Shown here: piece after piece, positions 47,761 to 56,284 of the stretch
Position numbering within the stretch: position 1 is the stretch's first letter
How the letters are laid out: every line of letters begins with the position of its first letter
Assembly (NCBI RefSeq): GCF_988243305.1
Contig: NZ_OZ547136.1
Strand: one strand, 5' to 3'
DNA length: 64,000 bases
Made by a program: the position numbers and the translations under genes
Notes under the pieces: model-generated
What the model was told of the DNA's origin: nothing
Database searches by the model: none
The model's input: only the letters and a program-made list of their open reading frames with translations

Positions 47761-49245
47761 TTATTCCTTATCCAGTCGTCCGACCAGGCTCAGGTCGAAA
47801 CTGGCACCCATGTATTTAAAATGCGGTCTGACAGAAATCGCGACCTGGTACCAGCCCGGCTCACCATCCACATCCAGTACCTCGATCTTAGCCTGACGCA
47901 AAGGCCGGTGGCTGCGGACTTCGGCAGGCGGATTTTCCTGGTCAGCAACATACTGGCGAATCCAGGTGTTCAGCTCACGCTCCAGGTCACTACGTTCTTT
48001 CCATGAGCCAAGCTGTTCGCGCTGAATTACCTTGATGTAATGCGCTAACCTGCTGATAACAAACAAGTATGGCAGCTGGGTGCCGAGTTTATAGTTGGTC
48101 TCCGCAGCCTTGCCTTCGGGGGTTTTGGGGAATGTTTTGGGTTTCTGCACCGAGTTGGCCGAGAAAAAGCACGCATTATCAGACCCTTTACGCATGGTCA
48201 GTGTGATAAAGCCCTCTTCCGCCAGCTCATACTCTCTCCGGTCAGTGATCAACACTTCAGTCGGAATTTTTGCCTGCATTTGCCCCATGGATTCATACAG
48301 ATGCACCGGGAGGTCTTTGACTGCGCCGCCGCTGGAAGGGCCAATAATATTTGGGCACCAGCGATACTTAGCAAAACTTTCCGCCAGGTTGGCGGCCAGT
48401 AAAAACGAGGTATTCCCCCACAGATAAGACTCATGACTCTGGCTGACATCTTCATGGTAACGGAAGGTTTTGACAGGGTTTTCATCCGGTGAGTAAGGGT
48501 GGCGCAGCAGGAACCGGGGGGCGGTCAGGCCCAGGTAACGGGAATCTTCCGATTCACGCAGGGCGCGCCAGCGGGAGTAGGCCGGGCCTTCAAAGATGGC
48601 ACCCGGTTCTTTGATCCCCGGTAACTCTGTCCATGAATCCAGACCGAAAAATTCGGATGATACTGACGACAGGAACGGGCTGTGCGCCATCGCGCTGACC
48701 TGGCTGATATATTTCAGCAACTTCATATCCGGCGTGGTGTTCTTAAAGGCAAAGTTGCCGATTACCGCCGCCACTGGCTCACCGCCAAATTGTCCGTAAC
48801 CGCTTGAATATACATGCTTGTAATACGCAGACTGCGTGATTTCAGGTGCAAATTCGAAATCATCCAGCAGTTCTTCCTGAGTGACATTCAGGAAATGGAC
48901 TTTGATGTTTTCCCGTGTATCCGCGCGTTCAACCAGCAGCTTCAGCGAGCGCAGCAGGGATTCCAGTTCCTGAAACTCCGGGGCATGAATAATGGCATCC
49001 ATCTGCCTGCTGGTTCGGGCATCAATATCAGCAATCATGGCGTCAACGGCCAGGATATTGATAGGTTCAGCGCTACTGTCGCCCTGTAACATGGCGGCAA
49101 TAAAGGCGCTCACGCCCTGGCGGGTGATATCGTAGCTTTCTGATTTAGGCTGGACGCGGGTTTGCGCCATGATTTCATCAAGCAGAGATGGGGGCGCGGC
49201 GGTTTGAGACGCGCTGACGGGAGCAATTTCTTCCTTTACTGACAT
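47761..49245 (-). CDS. tssC: T6SS contractile sheath large subunit TssC (VipB)
   Basis: 494 aa; highly conserved sheath protein length and position. Confidence 0.93.
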   Translation of the reverse strand: MSVKEEIAPVSASQTAAPPSLLDEIMAQTRVQPKSESYDITRQGVSAFIAAMLQGDSSAEPINILAVDAMIADIDARTSRQMDAIIHAPEFQELESLLRSLKLLVERADTRENIKVHFLNVTQEELLDDFEFAPEITQSAYYKHVYSSGYGQFGGEPVAAVIGNFAFKNTTPDMKLLKYISQVSAMAHSPFLSSVSSEFFGLDSWTELPGIKEPGAIFEGPAYSRWRALRESEDSRYLGLTAPRFLLRHPYSPDENPVKTFRYHEDVSQSHESYLWGNTSFLLAANLAESFAKYRWCPNIIGPSSGGAVKDLPVHLYESMGQMQAKIPTEVLITDRREYELAEEGFITLTMRKGSDNACFFSANSVQKPKTFPKTPEGKAAETNYKLGTQLPYLFVISRLAHYIKVIQREQLGSWKERSDLERELNTWIRQYVADQENPPAEVRSHRPLRQAKIEVLDVDGEPGWYQVAISVRPHFKYMGASFDLSLVGRLDKE

Positions 49246-49267
49246 ACTGAAAATCCTTCTGTGAAAA

Positions 49268-49771
49268 TTATTTCTGAACGGCGATACCCAGTTCCTGGAT
49301 CAGCTGCTCGCGGCTGTCTTCGTTTTCCAGTAGCGCCTGAAGTTGTGCGCGGAAGGCCGGAATATTGCCTAGTGGAGACTTAAGTGCGACCAGTGCCTCA
49401 CGCAGCTCCAGCAGGCGCTTTATTTCCGGCACCTGACTGGCAATATGGTCAGGAGAAAGGTCATCCATAGATTTGACTTTCAGGTTGACGTACATTTGCT
49501 CATTGGGAGCGTCACTGAGTTCAGCCGGAACAACAAACTCCCGTTCAATGTCAGCTTCTGAAATGACTGCGTTGAGGTTATAGCGGTTGATAGCAATGGC
49601 AGTTCGCTCATCCAACGGCGTGTTATCTGGTTTCCCTTTCAGATTGCCGGTGATCAATAAATTCAGCGGCAATTCGATATCAGCAGCCACCCCATCAACT
49701 TTTGGTGTATACCGAACGCTGATTCTTTCTTTCGGCGCGACACTGCCGCCATTGTTGTTCATTTTGCTCAT
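49268..49771 (-). CDS. tssB: T6SS contractile sheath small subunit TssB (VipA)
   Basis: About 167 aa from MSKMNNNGGSVAPKERISVRYTPK; first gene of the minus-strand operon. Confidence 0.9.
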   Translation of the reverse strand: MSKMNNNGGSVAPKERISVRYTPKVDGVAADIELPLNLLITGNLKGKPDNTPLDERTAIAINRYNLNAVISEADIEREFVVPAELSDAPNEQMYVNLKVKSMDDLSPDHIASQVPEIKRLLELREALVALKSPLGNIPAFRAQLQALLENEDSREQLIQELGIAVQK

Positions 49772-49822
49772 AAAAATGTTCCCGTTCAGGCCATGAGCAC
49801 AGCATTTTCGTACTGCATACAA

Positions 49823-50474
49823 ATACCGACAATACCGTTTCAGTGGCAGTTAGATAATGTAACCTTCTTTCTGTTGTGATCGGTATTCTACTCATGAAAT
49901 AAAATATTAAAAGAACTATTTATATTTTTGAAAGAGATGTATCCTTCATTATTAATACATGATAGTGAAATCAATTTTGGTATTTATAGACTTGGTGAAT
50001 ATAATTTTACGGCCAATAAAGTGCAATAACACATTGATTTATATGTGTTTATTAAATTGATTAATAAGTTTTGTGTATGGTTTTATAAATTAGTTAATTG
50101 CTAGCAATACATCATAAGAAATTCCTTTAAGGAATATCTTAATTGCGTGCAGGAACGATGGTGAAGTAAGTGTTGTAATAATTTATTTTTGACGAAACTG
50201 TAGGTTTTTATGGGGATAAGGATACGTTATGGATAATTCTACTGTTGATGTTGATATATTTTTAGCTTATGTGACCGTGTTCTGAAATTGACTAAAAATA
50301 TATTTAAACACCATAAAAGAGTTTTTCGGTAGGTGCTAATTACGTGTGCCTGTAACTCGAATAAAGAAAAGGGTGTGGTTCCTGATGTGAGCCGCATCAC
50401 ACTCTAACCTGTCGGGGATTAACGACGGGTTGTTCGTAAAAACAGCAGTTGATAATTTCACAAGGAGTTCACAA
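49823..50474. promoter_or_regulatory. AT-rich divergent control region between tssB (minus) and hcp-vgrG (plus)
   Basis: About 650-700 bp strongly AT-rich non-coding spacer between the two divergently transcribed T6SS units; contains a GATC at 49878..49881 and AT-rich tracts; no individual promoter elements confidently assigned. Confidence 0.6.
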
Positions 50475-50993
50475 ATGCCAACCCCATGTTACATTTCTAT
50501 TACGGGCCAGACCCAGGGGAACATCACTGCCGGTGCTTTCACCGCGGATTCTGTCGGCAATATCTACGTGCAGGGGCACGAAGATGAAATGCTGGTGCAG
50601 GAGTTTTTGCACAACGTTACTGTTCCAACCGATCCGCAGTCTGGCCAGCCTTCCGGCCAGCGCGCGCACAAACCGTTCATTTTCACCGTGGCGCTGAACA
50701 AAGCCGTTCCGCTGCTGTACAACGCGCTGGCCTCCGGTGAAATGCTGCCGAAAGTGGAGCTGCACTGGTGGCGTACTTCAGTTGAAGGCAAGCAGGAGCA
50801 CTACTTCACCACACGTCTTACTGACGCGACGATTGTGGACATGAACCTGCACATGCCGCACTGCCAGGACCCTGCACAGCGTGAGTTTACGCAATTGCTC
50901 GCAGTATCACTGGCATACCGTAAGGTTGAGTGGGAGCACATCAAATCCGGTACTTCTGGTGCCGATGACTGGCGTGCACCGCTGGAAGCATAA
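50475..50993 (+). CDS. hcp: T6SS tube protein Hcp (TssD), canonical copy
   Basis: 172 aa from MPTPCYISITGQTQGNITAGAF with RBS AAGGAG; strong resemblance to the canonical Hcp as remembered from V. cholerae. Confidence 0.92.
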   Translation: MPTPCYISITGQTQGNITAGAFTADSVGNIYVQGHEDEMLVQEFLHNVTVPTDPQSGQPSGQRAHKPFIFTVALNKAVPLLYNALASGEMLPKVELHWWRTSVEGKQEHYFTTRLTDATIVDMNLHMPHCQDPAQREFTQLLAVSLAYRKVEWEHIKSGTSGADDWRAPLEA

Positions 50994-51213
50994 ATCTGAG
51001 TCAACAACATCCTGCCTTCGTGCAGGATGTTGTTTTTGTACGTGTAAAAAATGAGTGTCAGTAAGGAGTTACGCTTTCATGAGGGAGATGGCGGATGCCG
51101 GAAACCCGGGCGGTAGCGTACCTGAAAATGTAAAGATGAGTGTAACGCTGCACTGGCACCCTTTGCTGCATGGTGAGAATCATTTGGTCCGTGAATAAAT
51201 CAGGGGGGTCATT

Positions 51214-53196
51214 ATGTCCTTAAAAGGTCTGCGCTTTACGCTGGAGGTTGACGGCCAGGAGCCGGACACCTTTGCAGTGGTGAATTTCAGGTTAATCCAG
51301 AACCAGTCATATCCGTTTGTGATGAGTGTGGATGTTGCCAGCGACTCTTTTATGCAGACGGCGGAGATGCTGCTGGAGAAGAAGGCGACACTGACCATCT
51401 GGCAGGGCGCAGTGGCGCAGCGTTATGTCACCGGCGTGGTGGCGGGTTTTGGCATGCAGGAGAATAACGGCTGGCAGATGCGTTATCACCTGCGTATTGA
51501 GCCGCCGTTATGGCGGTGCGGGCTGCGGCAGAACTTCCGTATCTTCCAGCAGCAGGATATCCGGACGATATCGGCCACGTTACTGAACGAGAACGGCGTC
51601 ACGGAGTGGACGCCGCTGTTTTATGAGGACCATCCGGCGCGGGAGTTCTGTGTCCAGTACGGGGAGTCGGACCTGGCGTTTCTGTCCCGGCTGTGGGCGG
51701 AGGAGGGAATTTTCTTCTTTGAGCGGTTTGCGGCGGACAGTCCGGAGCAGAAGCTGACGCTGTGCGACGATGTGGCGGGGCTGTCACAGGCGGGAGAGCT
51801 TCCGTTTAACCCGGACACATCGACAGGAGCGGAGACGGAGTGTGTCAGTATGTTCCGTTATGAGGCGCATGTCCGCCCGTCGTCGGTGCAGAGCCAGGAT
51901 TACACGTTTAAGGTGCCGGACTGGCCGGGGATGTATGAGCAGCAGGGTGAGAACCTGAACGGACAGCTGGCGCAGTATGAGATATTTGATTATCCGGGAA
52001 GGTTCAAGGACGAGCAGCACGGCAAGGATTTCACGCTGTACCAGATGGGCAGCCTGCGCAGTGATGCGGAAAAGGCCACAGGGCAGAGTAATTCACCGAA
52101 GCTGTGGCCGGGAACGCAGTTTACGCTGACGGGGCATCCGCAGAAGATGCTGAACCGTGAATGGCAGGTGGTACAGAGCATACTGTCAGGAAGCCAGCCG
52201 CAGGCGCTGCACGGCAGCCAGGGGAGAGGAACCACGCTGGGAAATCAGTTAGAGGTGATACCGGCAGACCGGACGTGGCGTCCACGGCTGCAAAGCAAAC
52301 CGAAGGTGGACGGGCCACAGAGCGCCATTGTCACCGGGCCTGCGGGAGAGGAAATCTTCTGCGACGAACATGGCCGGGTACGGGTGAAGTTCCACTGGGA
52401 CCGTTATCACGGGATGACGGAGGCGAGTTCATGCTGGGTGCGGGTATCGCAGGCGTGGGCGGGGCCGGGTTTCGGCAATCTGGCGATACCGCGGGTGGGT
52501 CAGGAGGTGATTGTTGATTTCCTGAACGGCGACCCGGACCAGCCGATAATCATGGGACGGACATACCATGAGGACAACCGTTCGCCGGGGAGTCTGCCGG
52601 GGACGAAGACGCAGATGACGATACGGTCGAAGACCTATAAAGGAAGCGGATTTAACGAACTGCGCTTTGAGGACGCCACAGATAAGGAACAGGTCTATAT
52701 TCACGCGCAGAAGAACATGGATACGGAAGTGCTGAATGACCGGACGACGGACGTGAAGCATGACCACACGGAAACCATTGGTAACGACCAGAAGATAACG
52801 GTGGGGTTGGGCCAGACGGTGAATGTGGGGAGCAAAAAGGAAGGTGGTCATGACCAGAAAGTGACGGTAGCGAACGATCAGCATCTCACGATAAAAAATG
52901 ACCGGCACAAGGTTGTAAATAACAACCAGACAAGCAAGGTGACGGGAACTGATACCGAAGAAGTCGTCAAAAAACAGAGTATTAAAATAGGTGATAATTA
53001 CGAACTGAAAGTTGAGCATGGTACAAAAATCATATCTGGGGACAGTATTGAGCTAATTTGTGGGCAGGGAGAGAGCGGGACTTGTTCCATAAAACTGGAG
53101 AAAACAGGAAAGATAATAATACGGGGGACGGAGTTTCTATTTGAGGCTACCGGTCCTGTAGATATTAAAGGAAAAGATATTCATCTGAACGGATAG
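51214..53196 (+). CDS. vgrG: T6SS spike protein VgrG (TssI), no C-terminal toxin extension
   Basis: 660 aa; gp27/gp5-like VgrG; C-terminal repeats (HDQKVTVANDQHLTIKNDRHKV); the 3' about 350 nt are visibly AT-richer than the rest. Confidence 0.92.
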   Translation: MSLKGLRFTLEVDGQEPDTFAVVNFRLIQNQSYPFVMSVDVASDSFMQTAEMLLEKKATLTIWQGAVAQRYVTGVVAGFGMQENNGWQMRYHLRIEPPLWRCGLRQNFRIFQQQDIRTISATLLNENGVTEWTPLFYEDHPAREFCVQYGESDLAFLSRLWAEEGIFFFERFAADSPEQKLTLCDDVAGLSQAGELPFNPDTSTGAETECVSMFRYEAHVRPSSVQSQDYTFKVPDWPGMYEQQGENLNGQLAQYEIFDYPGRFKDEQHGKDFTLYQMGSLRSDAEKATGQSNSPKLWPGTQFTLTGHPQKMLNREWQVVQSILSGSQPQALHGSQGRGTTLGNQLEVIPADRTWRPRLQSKPKVDGPQSAIVTGPAGEEIFCDEHGRVRVKFHWDRYHGMTEASSCWVRVSQAWAGPGFGNLAIPRVGQEVIVDFLNGDPDQPIIMGRTYHEDNRSPGSLPGTKTQMTIRSKTYKGSGFNELRFEDATDKEQVYIHAQKNMDTEVLNDRTTDVKHDHTETIGNDQKITVGLGQTVNVGSKKEGGHDQKVTVANDQHLTIKNDRHKVVNNNQTSKVTGTDTEEVVKKQSIKIGDNYELKVEHGTKIISGDSIELICGQGESGTCSIKLEKTGKIIIRGTEFLFEATGPVDIKGKDIHLNG

Positions 53197-53302
53197 TGCA
53201 GGATATAAAACATGGTGATTGTATTTGCTTTATACGCCTGTGAATCACCATTTGTGATTGTTTAAATTAATCATAGCATGACTTATTCAGGAATCAATAA
53301 GC

Positions 53303-54349
53303 ATGATAGAAATGAAAAATAACACACCATTTCCTTTGTTGTCATTTGAAAAATATGGTCGTTATGGTCTTTTGTTTGATGTTATTGCTATTAAAATGTC
53401 ATTGCGAATTAAAAATGGATTTTATGCTGATCTTGCTGAGTTTCAAAAAGAATTGTCCATGTCTGATGAATACTATGGGGAGTCTGAAACAAGTAGTCTA
53501 AAATCTGAAACAGACTTAGTTCTTTGTAAAAGAAATACAGATATTCACGTGACAGGTAGTGCTCATGCCCCTCCAGGGGATAAGTCTAAGTGGAAGGCTT
53601 GTGTGAGGGTTAATAGTTTTTCTAAAGAACTGAGTTTATCTGGTGTCCGCTACTTACAATATGAGCGAAATCGTTGGCAGATGAGCTTACCAGATAAAAT
53701 TATTAATGTTCCTCTACGCTATGAGCTTGCTTACGGTGGTATTTGGCAACCAGATGGTATGGAGAAATTGGTTTTTTCAGCAAACCCTGTAGGTTGTGGA
53801 TATTATCCTGATATTTCTCAACTTAATACAAGTTGTCAATATAAACTCCCACAAATAACCAGCTCTGCTTTGTCAGAAAACGCTACCATTTTTAATGGGG
53901 AATCTGACTTTTTTCAAGGTGTTGGCCCTGTATCTCGATGGTGGAAAAGTCGCCTCCAGTATGCAGGAACCTACAATGAAGTATGGCGTGAAAAGCGCTA
54001 TCCCTATTTGCCGGATGATTTTGATGAGCGGTTCTACAATAGTGCTCATCCGGATATGATATACACGGGGTTTCTCTCTGGCGATGAAAACATCTCTCTT
54101 GAAGGTTTTTTTAAATTTGAACAGGTTGTTAAGACAAAATTGCCAGGTATACGACCTGTACTTATATTAAAAACCAAGCATAATACATCACATATGTTCT
54201 TACCTGTTGCGGATACAATGGTTATCGATTTAAGTCGACAGGAAATATACCTTACCTGGAGATTAACAATACCTGATTTTTTTGGAATGAAAGAAGGAGT
54301 GCTGAGTTGTATTATTCCTGAATGTATAGGGAAAAAATATTATGGGTAA
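53303..54349 (+). CDS. Putative T6SS adaptor protein (DUF2169-like)
   Basis: 348 aa AT-rich gene immediately downstream of vgrG and translationally coupled (8 nt overlap) to a PAAR-like effector gene, the canonical DUF2169 context; assignment is by context and size, not verified by search. Confidence 0.5.
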   Translation: MIEMKNNTPFPLLSFEKYGRYGLLFDVIAIKMSLRIKNGFYADLAEFQKELSMSDEYYGESETSSLKSETDLVLCKRNTDIHVTGSAHAPPGDKSKWKACVRVNSFSKELSLSGVRYLQYERNRWQMSLPDKIINVPLRYELAYGGIWQPDGMEKLVFSANPVGCGYYPDISQLNTSCQYKLPQITSSALSENATIFNGESDFFQGVGPVSRWWKSRLQYAGTYNEVWREKRYPYLPDDFDERFYNSAHPDMIYTGFLSGDENISLEGFFKFEQVVKTKLPGIRPVLILKTKHNTSHMFLPVADTMVIDLSRQEIYLTWRLTIPDFFGMKEGVLSCIIPECIGKKYYG

Positions 54350-55382
54350 CTATCATATCGGGGATGGTGAATGTAGATTTAGAGTCGTGTGTTCTTCACC
54401 AGATGTATGTGAAGTAGGAGGTTACAAGGTTCCTTTTGACAGTTACCAGACTTTAGATAGTGAAAGACAGTACAGTTCAACGGTATGGGCGCGTGGATGC
54501 AGAGCTTTAAATGTTGGTTCAGTGATTGCTGGAACTCAAAGTAATGCCGGTAAAGGTGTCATATCCGGTACATCTCAAGGAACGGGTGACTGTGTTATTT
54601 TAACGGGAAGTCCGACTGTAACAATAGAAGGGAAACCTGTTGCTTATCATGGTTCAGTTGTTGGGATTAATAACCATAACTGCCTTGGTAAATTGTATAC
54701 CAAAATAAAATCACCAATGATTTCTGTCATTGATAAAACTTTTAGTTATGAAAGGACTGCTGAAGTAATACACGATTTACTGCTTCTGAAGGATCTCCTT
54801 TCTGTTGGGAATATTTTGGGCGGAGATATTTCACCTGAGGTTAAAAATGATTTATTTCAAATAAAAGATCCTGACCAATCATGGGGGGAGTTTTTTTCAA
54901 TAAAGAATATCAGAGAATCTCTCAGGAATGGTATTGAAGGAGATAAATCTCAGATCAGAGAATGGTTTGGAGAGAACACACTTACTCAAATGGGCAATGG
55001 AGCAATCACCACTTTACATGGTGTGGCGGATTTAGCCTTAGTTACATTCGATGCTCTGTTAGATACGGCAACGGCAACGGTTGCTTGCCCGATAGGCGAA
55101 GATGGGTTATGTGAACAGGCAAATATAAATTTAAATGAAAAAGAACAGGCTTTATTTAATATTAGTAATTCATTGATAAATGGGCAAGCATGGGATGCAC
55201 TTAAAAAAATGATAATGGATACAAATAATGGTGATCAGATTGCTCTGGAGCATTTTGCCAGCTTTTTATGGGGCTTTATGATACCCGCAAAAATACCAGA
55301 AGAAAATATCTCTGGGAAAGTATTTGTAGAGCCAGTAGTTTTAGAAGGTGGTGCTGGTGGCAATTGGACAGTATTTGATTAG
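54342..55382 (+). CDS. PAAR-like (DUF4150-type) T6SS effector, N-terminal and linker portion; ends at an in-frame TAG
   Basis: 346 aa; N-terminal about 125 aa with the DUF4150-like pattern (GTGDCVILTGSPTVTIEGKPVAYHGSVVGINNHNCLG); helical central region; the stop TAG at 55380..55382 is in frame with the following toxin-like ORF. Confidence 0.6.
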   Translation: MGNYHIGDGECRFRVVCSSPDVCEVGGYKVPFDSYQTLDSERQYSSTVWARGCRALNVGSVIAGTQSNAGKGVISGTSQGTGDCVILTGSPTVTIEGKPVAYHGSVVGINNHNCLGKLYTKIKSPMISVIDKTFSYERTAEVIHDLLLLKDLLSVGNILGGDISPEVKNDLFQIKDPDQSWGEFFSIKNIRESLRNGIEGDKSQIREWFGENTLTQMGNGAITTLHGVADLALVTFDALLDTATATVACPIGEDGLCEQANINLNEKEQALFNISNSLINGQAWDALKKMIMDTNNGDQIALEHFASFLWGFMIPAKIPEENISGKVFVEPVVLEGGAGGNWTVFD

Positions 55383-55409
55383 GTTTTAGATTCAAATGTA
55401 ATAAAGCAA

Positions 55410-55781
55410 TTGACTTTAACAGGCTGTGGAGCGGCCTGTGGGGAAATGTTGCTTAGGGATAGGTATATTTTTGTCACGCAAAATGTAATTGGAACAGAAT
55501 TAACATCTATGACGTCGCTGGCAAACAAGCTTAATAAATTTGATGTCGGCTGGGAAGGGAATGAAGTGAGCGAATCTAGTTTATATGCCCTCAGTAATAC
55601 TGGTTCATGGGGAGCAATGATGTGGGATTCTGGAAGTAAAGTAGGGCATTGGGTACTTGTTAAGGGTGTTGATGATGCTGGGAATGTGATAATATATGAT
55701 CCATATCAAGGGAGTCGATATCTGATGACTGAACAGGAATTTAAGGAGGTATGGAATGGGCATAGTGTTTACAAACCATAA
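55410..55781 (+). pseudogene. Papain/C39-like cysteine-peptidase toxin domain, in frame with the upstream PAAR ORF (split by one TAG codon)
   Basis: 123 codons with no ATG or RBS before the putative catalytic Cys (GCGAACGEMLL); His (GHWVLVKG) and Asp (DDAGNVIIYDP) complete a papain-like Cys-His-Asp order reminiscent of peptidase C39; continuous with ORF 54342..55382 except for one TAG. Confidence 0.45.
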
Positions 55782-56046
55782 TATTGATTTGTTATCGGTT
55801 GAATTTGATGAGATTACAAAAAATTGTAATTACACTTTTAGTGTAGATGGAGAGACGGCTATCTTTACTGCTAGAATATCAATAATAAGAAATATAAAGG
55901 GAATTAAATATAGCGAAGAACTTGATAAATTTATAATGTCAATAATGCCATTGCAGCCTAAAGTATCAAAAATTTTGGGAGGTGTTACTTGGGATTGTAT
56001 TTGTGGTAAGGAAGTTGGATTTCCTGTGAGATTAATTGGTAAGTGA
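55756..56046 (+). CDS. Candidate cognate immunity protein (cytoplasmic)
   Basis: 96 aa; strong RBS AAGGAGG 7 nt before the ATG; overlaps the last 26 nt of the toxin-domain ORF; no signal peptide. Confidence 0.5.
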   Translation: MGIVFTNHNIDLLSVEFDEITKNCNYTFSVDGETAIFTARISIIRNIKGIKYSEELDKFIMSIMPLQPKVSKILGGVTWDCICGKEVGFPVRLIGK

Positions 56047-56284
56047 AGGGTGGTGAGGTATTTCTATATTTTTTTTCGTGAAAGTCTTTAAAACTAAAAT
56101 TATCTTGTTGGGAGCCCAAGGTGAGATCATAAAACGTATTATTTTATAAATATTGTTATGCAGGGAAAGGTCAAGTAATGCTGCTTTTTTGTACTAAATA
56201 ATTCGCATTTTATGTTCAATAATTGAGGTGTTCCTTATTACCTAAAGCTGTTTTTCATTGCTTATACATGATCAAATACTCATT

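Noticed and set aside
49823-50474. Specific Fur box calls in the T6SS divergent promoter
   Set aside because: Candidate tracts (for example agataatgtaacc, atgatagtgaaatcaat) match the Fur consensus only partially; without a scoring matrix I cannot distinguish them from generic AT-rich sequence, so I report them only as a hypothesis.
51599-53019. Short ORFs on both strands inside vgrG (for example 52429..53019, 196 aa minus strand)
   Set aside because: Overlapped by the intact 660 aa VgrG reading frame; translations are low-complexity.
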